Of a DNA stretch of 64,000 nucleotides, positions 24,383-38,023 are shown one piece after another. A program made the translations under genes and the position numbers. This DNA is from Malacoraja senta (taxonomy: Eukaryota). Location: positions 16,246,001 through 16,310,000 of the forward strand of contig CM075990.1 in the NCBI GenBank assembly GCA_038087875.1, written 5' to 3'. A model generated the notes under the pieces. The model made no database searches, was not told the origin of the DNA, and worked only from the letters and a program-made list of their open reading frames with translations. Numbering within the stretch: position 1 is the first letter of the stretch; each line of letters begins with the position of its first letter.

Positions 24383-24539
24383 CACTCATCGGACTCCTCC
24401 TGAATGGTTTAACAATCTTGTCCTTCTATAAGATAAAGGACCTCCAGACACCGAGTAATCTCCTCGTCGCCAGCCTGGCTGTATCCGACTCTGGCATCTG
24501 CGTGAACGCGTTAGTCACTGCGTTTTCAACCTTTCAGAG
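24383..24539 (+). CDS. RGR: RGR exon 2
   Basis: ccgcag| acceptor; ALIGLLLNGLTILSFYKIKDLQTPSNLLVASLAVSDSGICVNALVTAFSTFQR; 157 nt; AG|GTAAAC donor. Confidence 0.95.
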
Positions 24540-24690
24540 GTAAACACACTTTGGATCGGAAAGAATTGCGTAGAATGTGCAGCACGGAAGCTAGGCACCT
24601 GGGCAAACTAATCCGGGCCAGAGTTTATGCTGTAGAAAGGAACTGCAGATGCTGGTTTATACTGAAGATAGACACAAAGTGCTGGAGTAG

Positions 24691-25030
24691 AGGGCCTGTC
24701 CCACTTACGGGACCTTTACAGGCGACTGCCGGCATCCGTGATAGGTCACCGAAATTTTCACCGTGTTGAAAATTCAGCAGCGACCAGAAAGACGCTACGA
24801 CTCTATGGAGACCTCTCATGACCACAGGATACCTCTCACGACCATAGGAGACCTCTCTCGACCATACAGGCTGTATGGGGACAGGGGTCGCCTGTATGGT
24901 CGTGAGAGGTCTCCAAAGAGTCGTAGCGTTTTTCTGGTCGCCGCTGAATTTTCAACATGTTGAAAATTTCGGCGACCTATCACGGATGTCGGCAGTCGCC
25001 TGTAAAGGTCGCCTAAGTGGGATAGGCCCT
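24691..25030. mobile_element. Palindromic MITE (Harbinger-like), same terminal motif as 5441-5667
   Basis: ~130-bp inverted arms starting AGGGCCTGTCCCACTTA; splits the GGAGTAACTCAGC motif of a Penelope-like repeat. Confidence 0.82.
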
Positions 25031-26218
25031 TTACTTAGCAGGTCAGGCAGCATCTCTGGAGTGAAGGGATGGGTGACTTTTCGAGTCCACGGGTGACCCG
25101 AAACGTCACCCATCATTTTTTACTTCTGCCTTTGATCTTTAGTTCCCACGGGCTTCTGAGCATCACCCCTGATTTAGTCACTGAAAAAGCCAGCAAGAAG
25201 TTCAAAGAGTAAAAATCATCTGTGCAGAGAATGGTTAATGAGTGAAAAAGACCACTGCTTGGATATGTGCCTGTGTGGCACAAGGACCCAGGCTCAATCT
25301 TGTCTCCCATGCTGTCCATGTGGAGTTTGCTCATTCTCTCTGTACCCATGTGGCTTTCCTTCAGATGCTCCAGTTTCCTCCAACTACCCAAGAATCTGCA
25401 GGTTGATAGGTTAGTGGGCACTGTAAAATATTGCTCATGTACAAATGAACAGGTCCTGTCTGTATGGAGTTTGCATGTTCTCCCTATGACCACATGTATC
25501 TTCTCTGGATGCTCCAGTTGCCTCCCACACCACAAAGACTTGCAGGTTTGCTGTTTAATTGGCCTCTGTAAAATTGCCCCTAATGTATTGGGACTGGTCA
25601 GTAAAGTGGGATAACCTGGTGCCATCATTCTTGCAAAGTTCACAAGTTATAGTAGAATTAGGCCATTCGGCCCATTGAGTCTACTCTGCCATTCATTCAT
25701 GGCTGATCTCTGCCTCCTAATCCTATTTTCCTGCCTTCTCCCCATAACCCTTGACACCCATTCTAGTCAAAAATGCGTCTATCTCTGCCTTAAAAATATC
25801 GACTGACTTGGCCTCCACAGACCCCTGTGGCAATGAGTTCCACAGATTAGCTACCCTCTGATTAAAGAAGTTCCTCCTCGCCTCTTTTCTAAAGGAGCGT
25901 CCAAAGTATTTGATGCCATGATTGTCCTGATCTGCATCTTCAAATGGGCATCTTTCTTCCCATTGTGTACACGTGCATTTTTCAGATCTTTGTGTGTATC
26001 TACAGGACTCAGAAGCGGACTTCAACGTTCACAATTTCATAGCACATCATATCTCTTGCTTAGAGAGTTAGATCTAGCTCTATGGGTTAAAGGGAATCAA
26101 GGGATAGGGGGAGAAATCAGGAACGGGGTATTGATTTTGGAAGATCAGCTGGCTTGAAGGGCTGAATGGCCTACTCCTGCAACTATTTTCTATGTTTCTA
26201 TGTTTACATCTCTCACAG

Positions 26219-26340
26219 GTACTGGCCTTATGGCTCAGAAGGTTGCCAAACACACGGCTTCCAGGGATTTCTGGCAGCACTAGCCAGCATTAATACCTGT
26301 GCGGCAATTGCCTGGGACCGATACCATCTAAACTGCAGCA
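26219..26340 (+). CDS. RGR: RGR exon 3
   Basis: ctcacag| acceptor; YWPYGSEGCQTHGFQGFLAALASINTCAAIAWDRYHLNCS with DRY motif; 122 nt; |GTAAGT donor. Confidence 0.96.
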
Positions 26341-28200
26341 GTAAGTAACGATGGCCATTTTTCGATCAAAGCAAGGGGGACCATGAGAAAGGAAGGTACA
26401 CAAAAATGCTGGAGAAACTCAGCGGGTGCAGCAGCATCTATGGAGCGAAGGAGATAGAAGGGGACGATGAGAAAGACGTTTGCAGATCATAACAAAATCA
26501 GCCACCCGGTTCACAGAGATGAGGAAAGCTTTAGACTAGAGGACAATACAGAAGGGCTGACCATATGATGAATGGAATATCATGTACGTTTTCTGGAGCC
26601 TTGCAAATAGAAAAAATATCTAATTCCCTTGGACGAACAATCAAAAATCGCGAGAGAGTGGTTTAAAATAATTAATTGAAGAATGAGTGAGGAGATGTGC
26701 AGTTGGTTGAGGCAGGGACTATCCCAATGTTTATGAAACAGTTAGACAGGTACATGGATAGGACAGGTTTGCAGGGATATGGGCCAAACACAAGGGCAGG
26801 TGGGACTAGTGTAGCTGGGACATTTTGGTTGGCATGGGCAAGTTGGGCCGAAGGGCCTGTTTCCGCACTGTATCACTCTATGATTCAGGACAAGGAGATG
26901 AGAGAGTTGTAGGTAGCAGGAACCCATGTCTGGAGCTGTTTCCACCAACACTCCAAAGACGGACAGGTTTGTAGGTTAATTGGCTTGGTATAAGTGTAAA
27001 ATTGTCCCTAGTATGTGTAGGATAGTGTTAGTGTGCGGGGATCGCTGGTCAGCGCGGACTATGTGGGCCATAGGGTCTGTTTCCGTGCTGTATCTCTAAA
27101 CTAAACGAAACCATTGGGCCATAGAGCTCGTGCTGGAAAATGGGATTGGACTCAGTATCACTGTTACAACTGGCATAGACAAGATGGGCTGAATGGCCTC
27201 CTTGAGTTTGAGTTTGAGCTTATTATCACATGTGCCGAGGTCCAGTGAAAAGCTTTTGTTGCGTCCTATCCAGTCAGCGGAACGACTTCTGCGTTAGAAC
27301 ATAGAACATAAAGCAGTACAGGCTCTGTGCCAAACATTGTGCCAAGTTAATGTTGTATAATAAATATGATTCTATATTTCAAACCACAAGTTGTACTGAT
27401 TTAATTGATAAAAGCTCTTTAATTTTATTTGTGGCTTGCCTGTTCTTAACTAAATTTGAGGGAAGATTTCAGGAAACTCTTAAACCAAAATTAATTTTCA
27501 TTTTCTTTGCCACTTTAATAAGAGATTTAGATTAGAAAAGACACAAAAAGCTTTAAAAAGTCATGAAAATATCGTGCAATAGTTGCACGTGACAAGTTGC
27601 GTAACGATGCGCCGAGTCTCTTTGAAGAAAGAAAAACAAGTTTATTTATCTGAATGTCGGAGATGTGATTAAACTGCAAATGTGGAGCAAAAGTATTCCA
27701 AATCCATTGAGCCTGTTGATGCTGTGGCCAACTCAACCTTAAAACCAACATCACTGGGGGCTCATTTGAATGCACTCTTCATTGCCAAATTAAAGATTAG
27801 TGAAAGGCTGACTACAGCACATTGTGGAGTTGGTCTTTGCTCGAGTAATCTCTGAATTTATTTTTGCCAAGTAAATGGAAGCTCTCCATCATTTCAATGC
27901 ACTTATTCAACGATGCTTTATCGGGGATGTGAGTCCCAGCACTGAATGCTATTCAGCTCTGTAAACCCTGTGAAAATAATCCCATTCTTTCCCTCAGTTG
28001 ATTGCTAAGGCTGATTTTTTTCATTCATCGCCATCATTCTCCAATCCCTACACACGGGTCCTCATTCTGAATTGCTCCGAATGATAGTTTATACAATTTT
28101 CTAAAGTGAGCATTAAAATTCCAACTGGTACGTCTCAGTTAGACTTAAATTTCCATGCATCTGGATGAAGGAGCATTGATATTTTAATCTTCTGTTACAG

Positions 28201-28354
28201 GGTCAAAATTACAATGGAGCAACGCTATGGTTGTTATACTCTTCATCTGGGCATTTGCTGGATTTTGGTCACTCATGCCTTTGTTGGGTTGGGGTGAATA
28301 TGATTATGAGCCATTGAGAACCTGCTGTACTTTGGACTACTCGAAAGGTGACAG
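28201..28354 (+). CDS. RGR: RGR exon 4
   Basis: tgttacag| acceptor; SKLQWSNAMVVILFIWAFAGFWSLMPLLGWGEYDYEPLRTCCTLDYSKGDR (Glu156); 154 nt; AG|GTTGGT donor. Confidence 0.96.
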
Positions 28355-28494
28355 GTTGGTAAATGATGTTCTTTAGTGTCATTCATTAAAAACCCGAGGC
28401 ACATTGGATGCACTTTAATGTAATTCATTCACAAAAAGTTGCCATGGCTGGCATAGCTAGTATTTATTAGCCATCTCCAATTGTCCTGCAAACG

Positions 28495-29490
28495 TATTCA
28501 GATTCAGATTCAGATTCAACTTTGCTGTCATTGTGCAGTGTACAGTACAGAGACAATAAAATGCAGTTAGCATCTCCCTAGAAGAGTGATATAAATATGA
28601 GCAATAAATAAATCTATTTACGTGCATACAGTCATAGTATTTATTCCTGGTGGGAGGAGTGTCTGGGGGGGGGGGGGGTGATTGGCAGTCACCGAGGTAC
28701 AGTGTTGAGTAGTGTAACCGCTGCAGGGAAGAAGCTGTTCCTGGACCTGCTGGTCCAGCAACGGAGAGACCTGTAGCGCCTCCCCGGATGGTAGGAGGGT
28801 AAACAGTCTGTGGTTGGGATGAGAGCAGTCCTTGGCGGTGCTGAGCGCCCTTCGCAGACAACGCTTGCTTTGGACAGACTCAATGGAGGGGAGTGAGGAA
28901 CCGGTGATGCGTTGGGCAATTTTCACCACCCTCTGCAGTGCTTTCCGGTCAGAGACAGAGCAGTTGCCATACCATACTGTGATACAGTTGGTAAGGATGC
29001 TCTCGATGGTGCAGCGGTAGAAGTTCACCAGAATCTGAGGAGACAGATGGACCTTCTTTAGTCTCCTCAGGAAGAAGAGACGCTGGTGAGCCTTCTTGAC
29101 CAGAGTAGAGGTATTGTGGGTCCAAGAGAGGTCATCGGAGATGTTGACCCCCAGGAACCTGAAGCTGGAAACACGTTCCACCTCCGTCCTGTTAATGTGG
29201 ATGGGGGTGTGCGTGCCGCCCCTAGACTTCCTGAAGTCTACAATGAGCTCCTTGGTCTTCTTGGAGTTAAGGGCCAGGTTGTTGTCAGCACACCATGCTG
29301 CTAGGAGCTGGGCCTCCTCCTTATAGGCCGACTCATGGTTGTTGTTGATGAGGCCAATCACCATTGTATCATCTGCATACTTGATGATGGTGTTAGTACC
29401 ATGTACAGGTGTGCAGTCGTAGGTGAAGAGGGAGTAGAGGAGGGGGCTCAGCACACAGCCCTGTGGAACGCTGGTGTTGGTGGTGGTCCT
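28495..29490 (-). mobile_element. 5'-truncated non-LTR retrotransposon (Rex1/Babar- or L2-related RT C-terminus)
   Basis: PQGCVLSPLLYSLFT, KYADD, KKAHQRLFFLRRL motifs; (GAATCT)n 3' tail. Confidence 0.88.
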
Positions 29491-30417
29491 TAGTTTTAGG
29501 TTAGTTTAGTTTAGAGATACAGCGTGGAATTAGCCCCTTCAGCTCACCAAGTCCACGCCGACAAGCGATCCTCGTACTTTAACACTATTCTACACACCAG
29601 GGACACTTCATAACTCTTTCTACCACAAACCTGTACGTCTTTGGCGTGAGGGAGGAAACCAGGGCACCTGGAGAAAACCCACACGGCTACAGGGAGAACG
29701 TACAAATTCCTACAGACAGCACCCGTAGTCAGGATCGAACTTGGGTCTCTTGCGCTGTAAGGTAGCAACTCTACCGCTAAGCTATCATTTAAACAAAACT
29801 CCAAAAAGGTTTATTTGGTGTAGATTAATAAAAAATAAATATTTTTGGCCTTCAGAAGGCGGCTATGCATTAACACATAGAATGTGACTGGAATCACAAA
29901 TGGGTCAAACAATAAATAGGATGATGACAGGAATTACCTAGTTAAATCTCCAGTTAATCCTCAAGGTGTTGATGTTGGGGATCTTCATGATGGTAATGAT
30001 ATTCTTGTTTGAGGTATTCATCACAGAACCAAACATGTTGGACACCATCTTGGATTTATCATTGCAGAATAAAACTGAGATTAAATTAGATTAATGACCC
30101 GTATCAGACTTGATTTCAGATCTGGACCTAATGTGAATTAGAAACTGCTTTAGTCCGGTTCTAAACTAAAAATATAAAATCATCTTTAGGTTGCTAATTT
30201 TGGATGAAGAGAGGAATGCATGACTTTGGATAATTGAGTTTGCAATAAATAATAATGAGAATATTGTACCAATATGGTCTCACATTCTGTAAAATCAAAC
30301 TATGCCCTAGTATCAGAACTGTATAAACTTAAACATTCTGCAACAACTGTTAGAAATCTTTTAACTTTGTCAAATATCTTGGGAGCCAACACATCATCTC
30401 CATTTTATTTTTTCCAG

Positions 30418-30535
30418 AATCTTTGTCTCATTCTTCATTCCATTGGCCCTTTTCCAATTCGCTCTTCCGCTTTTCATCTTGGTGACTTCTTACCAATCTT
30501 GTGCGAATAAATTCAAGAAAACTGGACAAGTCAAG
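30418..30535 (+). CDS. RGR: RGR exon 5
   Basis: ttttttccag| acceptor; IFVSFFIPLALFQFALPLFILVTSYQSCANKFKKTGQVK; 118 nt; AAG|GTAAAA donor. Confidence 0.93.
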
Positions 30536-32492
30536 GTAAAAAAGCCATGTTTTTTGTTTTAGTTTTAGTTCTAGAGCTACGGCCTTCGGCCCACCGAGTC
30601 CGCACTGACCAGCGATCCCTGCACACTATCCTACACACACGCGGGACAATTTACATTTATACCAAGCCAATTAACCTACAACCTGTACGCCTTTGGAGTG
30701 TGGGGTGAAACCGAAGATCTCGGAGAAAACCCACACGGTCACAGAGAGAACATACAAACTCTGTACAGACAGCACCCGCAGTTTGGATCGAACCCAGATC
30801 ACTGGCACTGTAAGTGCTGTAAGGCAGCAACTCTACTGCTGCACCACCGTGCCACCCCTTATAACCCTAGTAAGAATTCAACAAATAACCTTTAATTCTT
30901 GTCAACACATTTTCAGTTTGAAATTATTTTCTTGACCCTTACTGTAAACAATGTAAATCTCTGAATTTTATCTGACTGAAATTATGTTTCTGGCTCATGT
31001 TTTACATCACCAGTGAATGAAATGACCATTGCTAATAATTCCTAAGTGATTCTTTTGTGAGTACAAAAAAGTTATAGTTACTCCTGAGGAACTAACATAT
31101 TTTTAGTTTAGGATCAGGCATTTCACACAAATAGGTTATCAGATAGTGAATAAAGTTCCCAAAACACTTGCCTGACGAAGGGACTCGACCCGAAACGTCA
31201 CCTATTCCTTCGCTCCATAGATGCTGCCTCACCCGCTGAGTTTCTCCAGCATTTTTGTCTACCTTGCATTTTTTCAGCATCTGCAGTTCTTTCTTAGACA
31301 CAGCCCAAATTATGTCTCTTCTCATTACCTTGTTGCCTCTCTAGAAGGGGCTGGCTAATTGATATATATTGCTTGATGCCATTTGAGCAGTACACTCATT
31401 AAAGCAAATATCAAGGGATGAAATGTCAAGGACAGAGGGCATAGCCTTAAGGTGAGATGGACAAAGTTTAGAGGAGATGTACAGGGCAAGTTTTTTACAC
31501 TGACAATGGCGGATGCCTGGAACCTGGGTGGTGGTGGAGGCAGATATGATGGTGGCATTTAAGAGGCTTTTAGACAAGCACATGCACATGCAGGGAAAGT
31601 AGGGGCATGGATCATATGCAGGAAGATGAATTTGTTTGTTTTTGGTATGTTTGACATTGACATTGAGGGCCAAAGGGCTTGTTGCTGCGCTGTATTGTAA
31701 AAAGCATATAAACTGGAGACACAAGAAAATCCAGATGCTGGAATATTGAGCAAAATACAAAGTGCTGGAGGAACTCAGCAGACCCTATTATGCATTTTCC
31801 TATCCACATCTAACATATGCCACTGGACACTGATTTCGGATCAGAAGTTTGATTTTCCCCATCTTTGAGTTAAATTGTAGGCCCCCTTCTTTTAACAATG
31901 GTGAGTTCAAACAGACACAAAATGGAACCTCATGGGGTAAACAATCATCTTGGCTGCATGCACAATAGTACAGTGTAACATCACATGGTACTCTGCTCCT
32001 GAAATAATAGTCCCATCAACCTCCGTGAACTTCCACCTCATCAAGTTAAAAGTGCTGGACTTTGGAAGCATTTTAGGGTGGATTTTAGGAATTTCTGTTC
32101 ATTGACATTGAGAAGATGAAATATCCCTTTAAGTCCAGTAAGGAATCGATCCTGATAAAGAGGAGGGAAAGTTTCACAGAAAGACTTTTCACTCTACCTC
32201 GGTACACATGGCACTAAACTAAACTAAACCAAACTAAACTAAACTAAACTGAACTAAACTAAAAAAGTAGTGAAGAAATGCTCTGGGATCAGCTGATTGG
32301 GTTGGCCATGGGTCGGCTTTGAATTGTGGTATCGTTAGTGTGAAGCAAAACACATGGTGAAGACAGGGAGCATCTCCAATGTTTCCACAAGGATTCACTG
32401 GTCTGGCACATAAACAGATGCCTCGAGCTTTGTGCGATACAATTGTTTGTTGATTTGAACTATGCTAAACTAATAGTTTTGTTTCTGACCAG

Positions 32493-32606
32493 TTTAATAC
32501 AGGGCTGCCTTTTACAATCCTTCTCATTTGCTGGGGTCCTTATAGCCTTCTGTGCACGTATGCCGTCGTCAAAAATGTTATGGTCATATCTCCAAAAATC
32601 AGAATG
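32493..32606 (+). CDS. RGR: RGR exon 6
   Basis: ctgaccag| acceptor; FNTGLPFTILLICWGPYSLLCTYAVVKNVMVISPKIRM; 114 nt, phase 0-0; ATG|GTAAGT donor. Confidence 0.94.
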
Positions 32607-33424
32607 GTAAGTAAGGGAGTTTCTTGGTATTTTGAGCAGGAAATGTGCACAAAAGAGCCGCAAGCTGGGTTAGATATTTCAGCCCAAGGACCTGGGAGTA
32701 AGTTGATAAGACCATAAGACATAGAAACAGAATTAGGCCATTCGGCCCATCGAGTTTACTCTGTCATTCAATCATGGCTGATTTATCTTTCCCTCTAAAC
32801 CCCATTATCCCGCCTTCTCCCCTTAATCTTTGACACCCTAAATAATCAAGAATCTTTTACCCCCCCCCCCCCCATTACCATAGGATCTAAACCCCCGAAT
32901 TCTCCAGCCAACGTCATTGTGGGGGGAAATTGTATAAAATATTACCGCAGGCCATCTTATTATCGACTTCTCAAGAGCACTTGAGTACGGGACATTAAAC
33001 CAAGATAGGAAATGGCCAATGCTGGAATCTAGAGCAAAAGCCAAACTGCCGGAGGAACTCAGCGGGTCAGGCAGCATCAAAAACGCTGCCTAATCCACTG
33101 AGTTCCACCAGCAGGTTTTTTTTTTTTCCGCAATGGGCAATAAATGCCGGCCTTGGTGACAAAGTTCACATATGATCGAAAAAGTTTAAAGATCCTTTGG
33201 AAGTTATTATTGTAATATTGTTACAGCCGAGAGAGAATTATAATATTAGACTTCAAAACTGAGTAGTAGCAATGCGAAGGAGCTGGTGTATCTTAGTTTT
33301 TGGATGCGTACAGTTGCAGTTTTGGGTTGCTGACTTATATAGGATTGCTGTTTACATTGGTTTAGTAAATTTGCAAACCCGGTTGTAAATAGAACGGTGT
33401 TCTGATCTACTTCTGTGCTTCCAG

Positions 33425-33568
33425 CTTCCAGCCATTCTTGCAAAGACCTCACCCATAGCCAACGCTTTTGTCTACGCACTCAGAAATCCTAATTACAGAG
33501 GAGGGATATGGGCCTTCCTAACAGGACAGAAAATGGAACCGATTGAAACAGATGGGAAAATGAAGTAA
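33425..33568 (+). CDS. RGR: RGR exon 7 (retinal-binding Lys255, stop)
   Basis: cttccag| acceptor; LPAILAKTSPIANAFVYALRNPNYRGGIWAFLTGQKMEPIETDGKMK*; exons sum to 888 nt = 295 aa. Confidence 0.95.
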   Translation, partial: LPAILAKTSPIANAFVYALRNPNYRGGIWAFLTGQKMEPIETDGKMK

Positions 33569-33768
33569 ACAGAATTGTCAATGGGAAACAAACCGAAATG
33601 CAGAGCAAAACTATTCACCCAACCTGTATACTATGTTGCTTTCACAACACCCTACTCCGTAACATGTAAAAAAGTATTTGTATTTCTAAACAACGGGAAT
33701 ATACATGTACACATTTTGGCTCCAAACTTCCTTCAATCCAAAGGATTACAAGCATTTCACTTTGTTTC

Positions 33769-33774
33769 AATAAA
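33769..33774 (+). terminator. Candidate RGR polyadenylation signal
   Basis: AATAAA 200 nt after the stop, followed by T/GT-rich TTTTGTTCTCTTTGTTT. Confidence 0.55.
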
Positions 33775-36700
33775 TGACTTTTGTTCTCTTTGTTTGAGGG
33801 CAAAGAGATATTTGGACACACACATGAACAAGCAGACAAGCACCCGTATCCAGGATCGATCCTGGGTCTCTGGCGCTGTGAGGCAGCAACTCTACTGCTG
33901 CGCCACCATGCTGCCCGTACATTGAGCACTACTGGAAGGATGGCAATATTTGAAATGTGAACCTTTTAGACTGAATGACATCCTTTTCAATCCAAACACA
34001 CAATTTGATTATGCAACACAGAAGAGTCACAACACAACCACATTCAGAAATAATTTGCTGACAGGCAATGTATGTAGATGTAAAATATTAAATTACCTGA
34101 AGATTTATAAGTTAACATAGACATTGTTTGGGGACACTAACTGGAAAACACGTTCTTATTACTTTGAAAAATCAAACTGATACTTTCTTCATTGAGAGGA
34201 TTGTTATGGATGTTATCATCCATAAATACATAGACAACAGGTGCAGGAGTAGGCCATTCGGCCCTTCGAGCCAGCACCGCCATTCAATGTGATCATGGCT
34301 GATCATCCACAATCAGTACCCCGTTCCTGCCTTCTCCCCATATCCCTTGATTCCGCTAGCCCTAAGAGCTCTATCTAACTCTCTTTTGAATGCATCCAGT
34401 GAATCGACCTTCACTGGCTTCTGAGGCAAATTCCACAAATTCAATGATTACAACTGTGGGAAAGTATCATAAACTTATTATGATCATATTAGGAACTGGG
34501 TTCGATCCTGACTGCGGGTGCTTGTCTGTACGGAGTTTGTACGTTCTCCGCGTGACCGCGTGGGTTTTCTCCGAGATCTTTCTCCGAGATCTTCGGTTTC
34601 CTACCACCCTCCAAAGACGTGCTAGCTTGTAGGTTAATTGCCTTGGTATAAAATGTAAAATTGTCCCTAGTGTGTGTAGGGTCGTGTTAATGTCCGTGGA
34701 TCGCTGGTCAGTGTGGACATGGTGGGCCGAAGGACCTGTTTCTCTAAACTAAAACTAAACATAAATTTATTAGCATCCGCAAGCTTTATTGATTGAGCAT
34801 ATACATGTTATGACATCAGTTCACCTCTGTAATATCTGAGGTACAGCATGGAAACATGCCCGTCAGTCCACCAAGTCCATGCCAACCGTTGATCACTTGT
34901 TCACACCAGTTCTATATTATCCCACTTTCATTGTGAACAGGTGATTGATGGTCAGCATGGACTAAGTGGGCCGAAGGTCCTGTTTCCATGCTGTATCTTT
35001 TCATCAATCAAAAATATGTGAGATGCAAGAATGGAAAGGCTGAAATTGAATTGCATTCAATGTTGAGTCCCTTGGGTTGCAACATGCTCAGTTGGGAAAT
35101 GAGGTGCTGTTGCTTGATCTTACATTGGAGTTCATTGGAACCAATGCTCCACAGAACAATGACAGAGAGGTCAGAGTAAGAGTACAGTACAGGTGTAAGG
35201 CAATCATCCAAATGCCATTTGGTTTATCCATTGCAGAAGACATACAACGAGTAATAAATCAGATTCATTTCTAATTTCCAACATCAATGCAATTTTGCTT
35301 GCAGTTTTGAACAACGCATCTCAATTAAATAATGTTACACTGTAAAATAAAACTTACAGTGTGTGTTCGCAGATGAAAATGATGACAGCAAACCCATGCA
35401 AATAAAGGGCAAACAGACGCGTGGCGGAAGTGTCACGGGGAGCCGCGCGGGCCCGATCCACCTGCCGAACAACCACGTCGCCGGCGACCGGAACGCGCCC
35501 CAGTAGGCCCGGCTCGCCCCACAGGCCTCCCAGGGGACTGCAGTGAAGCCGGTTGGCGAGACCTGTTTGGGCCAAAGGAGCCTCAGAGGTGGCGGCGATG
35601 GGAGCCTCGGTGGTGGCAGGAGCCTCGTCGGCAATGGGGCCTCGCGGTCGATGAGCATGAGAGGGGAGGGGAGGTTAATGGGGACCCGGCACGGGGGGAC
35701 TGCCGTGAAGAACAATGGGGGCCCAGCCTGACATGACCGCCTCATAGATAGTAGTTCAGCACTGCTCTCTGGTTGTGGTAGAATGATTCAGTTGCCTGAA
35801 TCATTTTCACACAGAGAGTTGTGAGTTTGTGGAATTCTCTGCCTCAGAGGGCGGTGAAGGCCGGTTCTCTGGATACTTTCAAGAGAGAGCTAGATATGGC
35901 TCTTAAAGATGGCGGAGTCAGGGGATATGGAGAGAAGGCAGGAACGGGGAACTGATTGGGGATGATCAGCCATGATCACATTGAATGGCGGTGCTGGCTC
36001 GAAGGGCCAAATGGGAAGAAATTGTCCCTGAATCTGTGAGTCTTCACACTTCTATACCTTTTGCCTGGTGGGAGAGGGGAGAAGAGGGAGTGGCCAGGGT
36101 GAGGGAGAGGAAGTGTTTTAAATAACTCTAACAAGTACACACCTCACTAGTTTTTACAACACAACACAAACCAGCCAAGCAACTCTTACGCTGCAGTGTT
36201 TTACTGCAACATTTCCATTTTAAGCATCTGAGTTGAAGAGGGTTTAGCATTAGTTTGAATTGTCGGCATTCATAATCTCACAAAAATCCTTTCATAAGTG
36301 GTCTTAGCATTCTGATGGAATTTATAAAAGATTATTTAAACACTTATGTAAACACTAGAGCCATGGAACTATAAATTGTTGTCATCGGACTTTGACCTGT
36401 TAAACTGAAATGCCATTGACTGATGCACCAATCTACATCTATATTTGGGGTTCTCTGTTTATTTACCAATTAACTTAATTTAGACATTGTGATGATGAAT
36501 AATTAAAAACATCTTTTTCATTTGGAATTTTAGGATTAATGATAACCATAGTAATCCTTTTACCGAAGATAGGCACAAAATGCTGGAGTAACTCAGCGGG
36601 GCAGGCAGCATCTCTGGAGAGAAGGAATGGGTGATTTTTCGGGTTGAGACCCTTCTTCAGACTGATCTTTTAATCCTTTAACCTAATCCTTTAACCTTAG

Positions 36701-38023
36701 CCCACCACGGACACCAAAGCACATCCGTTCACACATTAACCCCTCACACTCACAATCACACACCTACGCAGACACACCTCAAACACCTTAAACACACCTT
36801 ACACACACACACAAACTCAAGCCCACCCCAGGCACAAACGCGACCCTCTCTCTTACACTTCCAAACACACAGTACCAACATCAAAGAAACAATGATTAAA
36901 CATTAATAACTAATGTACACCAACATTTATGCATTAATGCATATTTTAAATTGTGATTAATTCAATTGTATAAAACTGATTAAAATCCCTTTGCTAGAGA
37001 TTGTACTGGGATTAATCAGAAACAGAGAGATGACAAGGTAAAGATAGTCTTTCATGTTCCGCTATGCTGACATTGAGTGATAAGAGATGTTTTTACATTC
37101 CTAAACTTCCCCATGGGATACAATTCTGTTCCTTTGGATTAAACAACGGGAAGAACAGAACAGAATATTTTCTCACAACTGGAGGGAACATTTGATGGAT
37201 GATAGACACAATAGAAAGAGCATTCAGAGGCTCGTTTCCATGTGCCTTTTATATAGTACGTAACAGGAGCATATCTAGTAGAAATAAAACAGGAAGTGCA
37301 GCAGGTCAGGCAGCATCAATTAAGAGAGAGTTAGATAGAGCTCTAGGGGCTAGTGGAGTCAAGGGATATGGGGAGAAGGCAGGCACGGGTTATTGATAGG
37401 GGACGATCAGCCATGATCACAATGAATGGCTCGAAGGGCCGAATGGCCTCCTCCTGCACCTATTTTCTATGTTTCTATGTTTCTTCCCAGTTGTTATCAG
37501 GCAACTGAAACATCCTACCACAACCACCAGAGAACAGTCCTAAACTACTATCTACCTCATTGGTGACCCTCGGACTATCCTTGATCGGAGTTTGCAGGCT
37601 TCACCTTGCAGTAGCTGTTATTCCCTTATCGTGTATCTATACACTGTAAATGGCTCGATTGTGATCATGGATTGTCTTTCTGCTGACTGGATAGCACACA
37701 ACAAAAGCTTTCCACTGTACCTCAGTGCACGTGACAATAAACTAAATTGTAAACTGTAAACTGAAAAGAGAAACAGAGTTAACATTTCAGGCCAATGACC
37801 TTTCAGCAGAACACTGATAAGTCATGGAATGACACAGCACAGAAACAGGCCTTTCATCCATGGCAACCAAGATGCCCCATCTAAGTTAATACCATTTGCT
37901 TGTGTTTGGCACATATTCCTCTTGCTGTGCTGGGAGACCAATGAGTTTCGGGCAAACTAAAGAGTGTCTTTCACTGAACTGATGATGATCCAGCAGCATT
38001 TGATGTTCATCTCTGAGTGTGTC

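Noticed and set aside
35400..35745. GC-rich island with GGAGCCTCG tandem units and a 136-aa ORF
   Set aside because: No splice or codon evidence; abuts other repeats and looks like a GC-rich retroposon head
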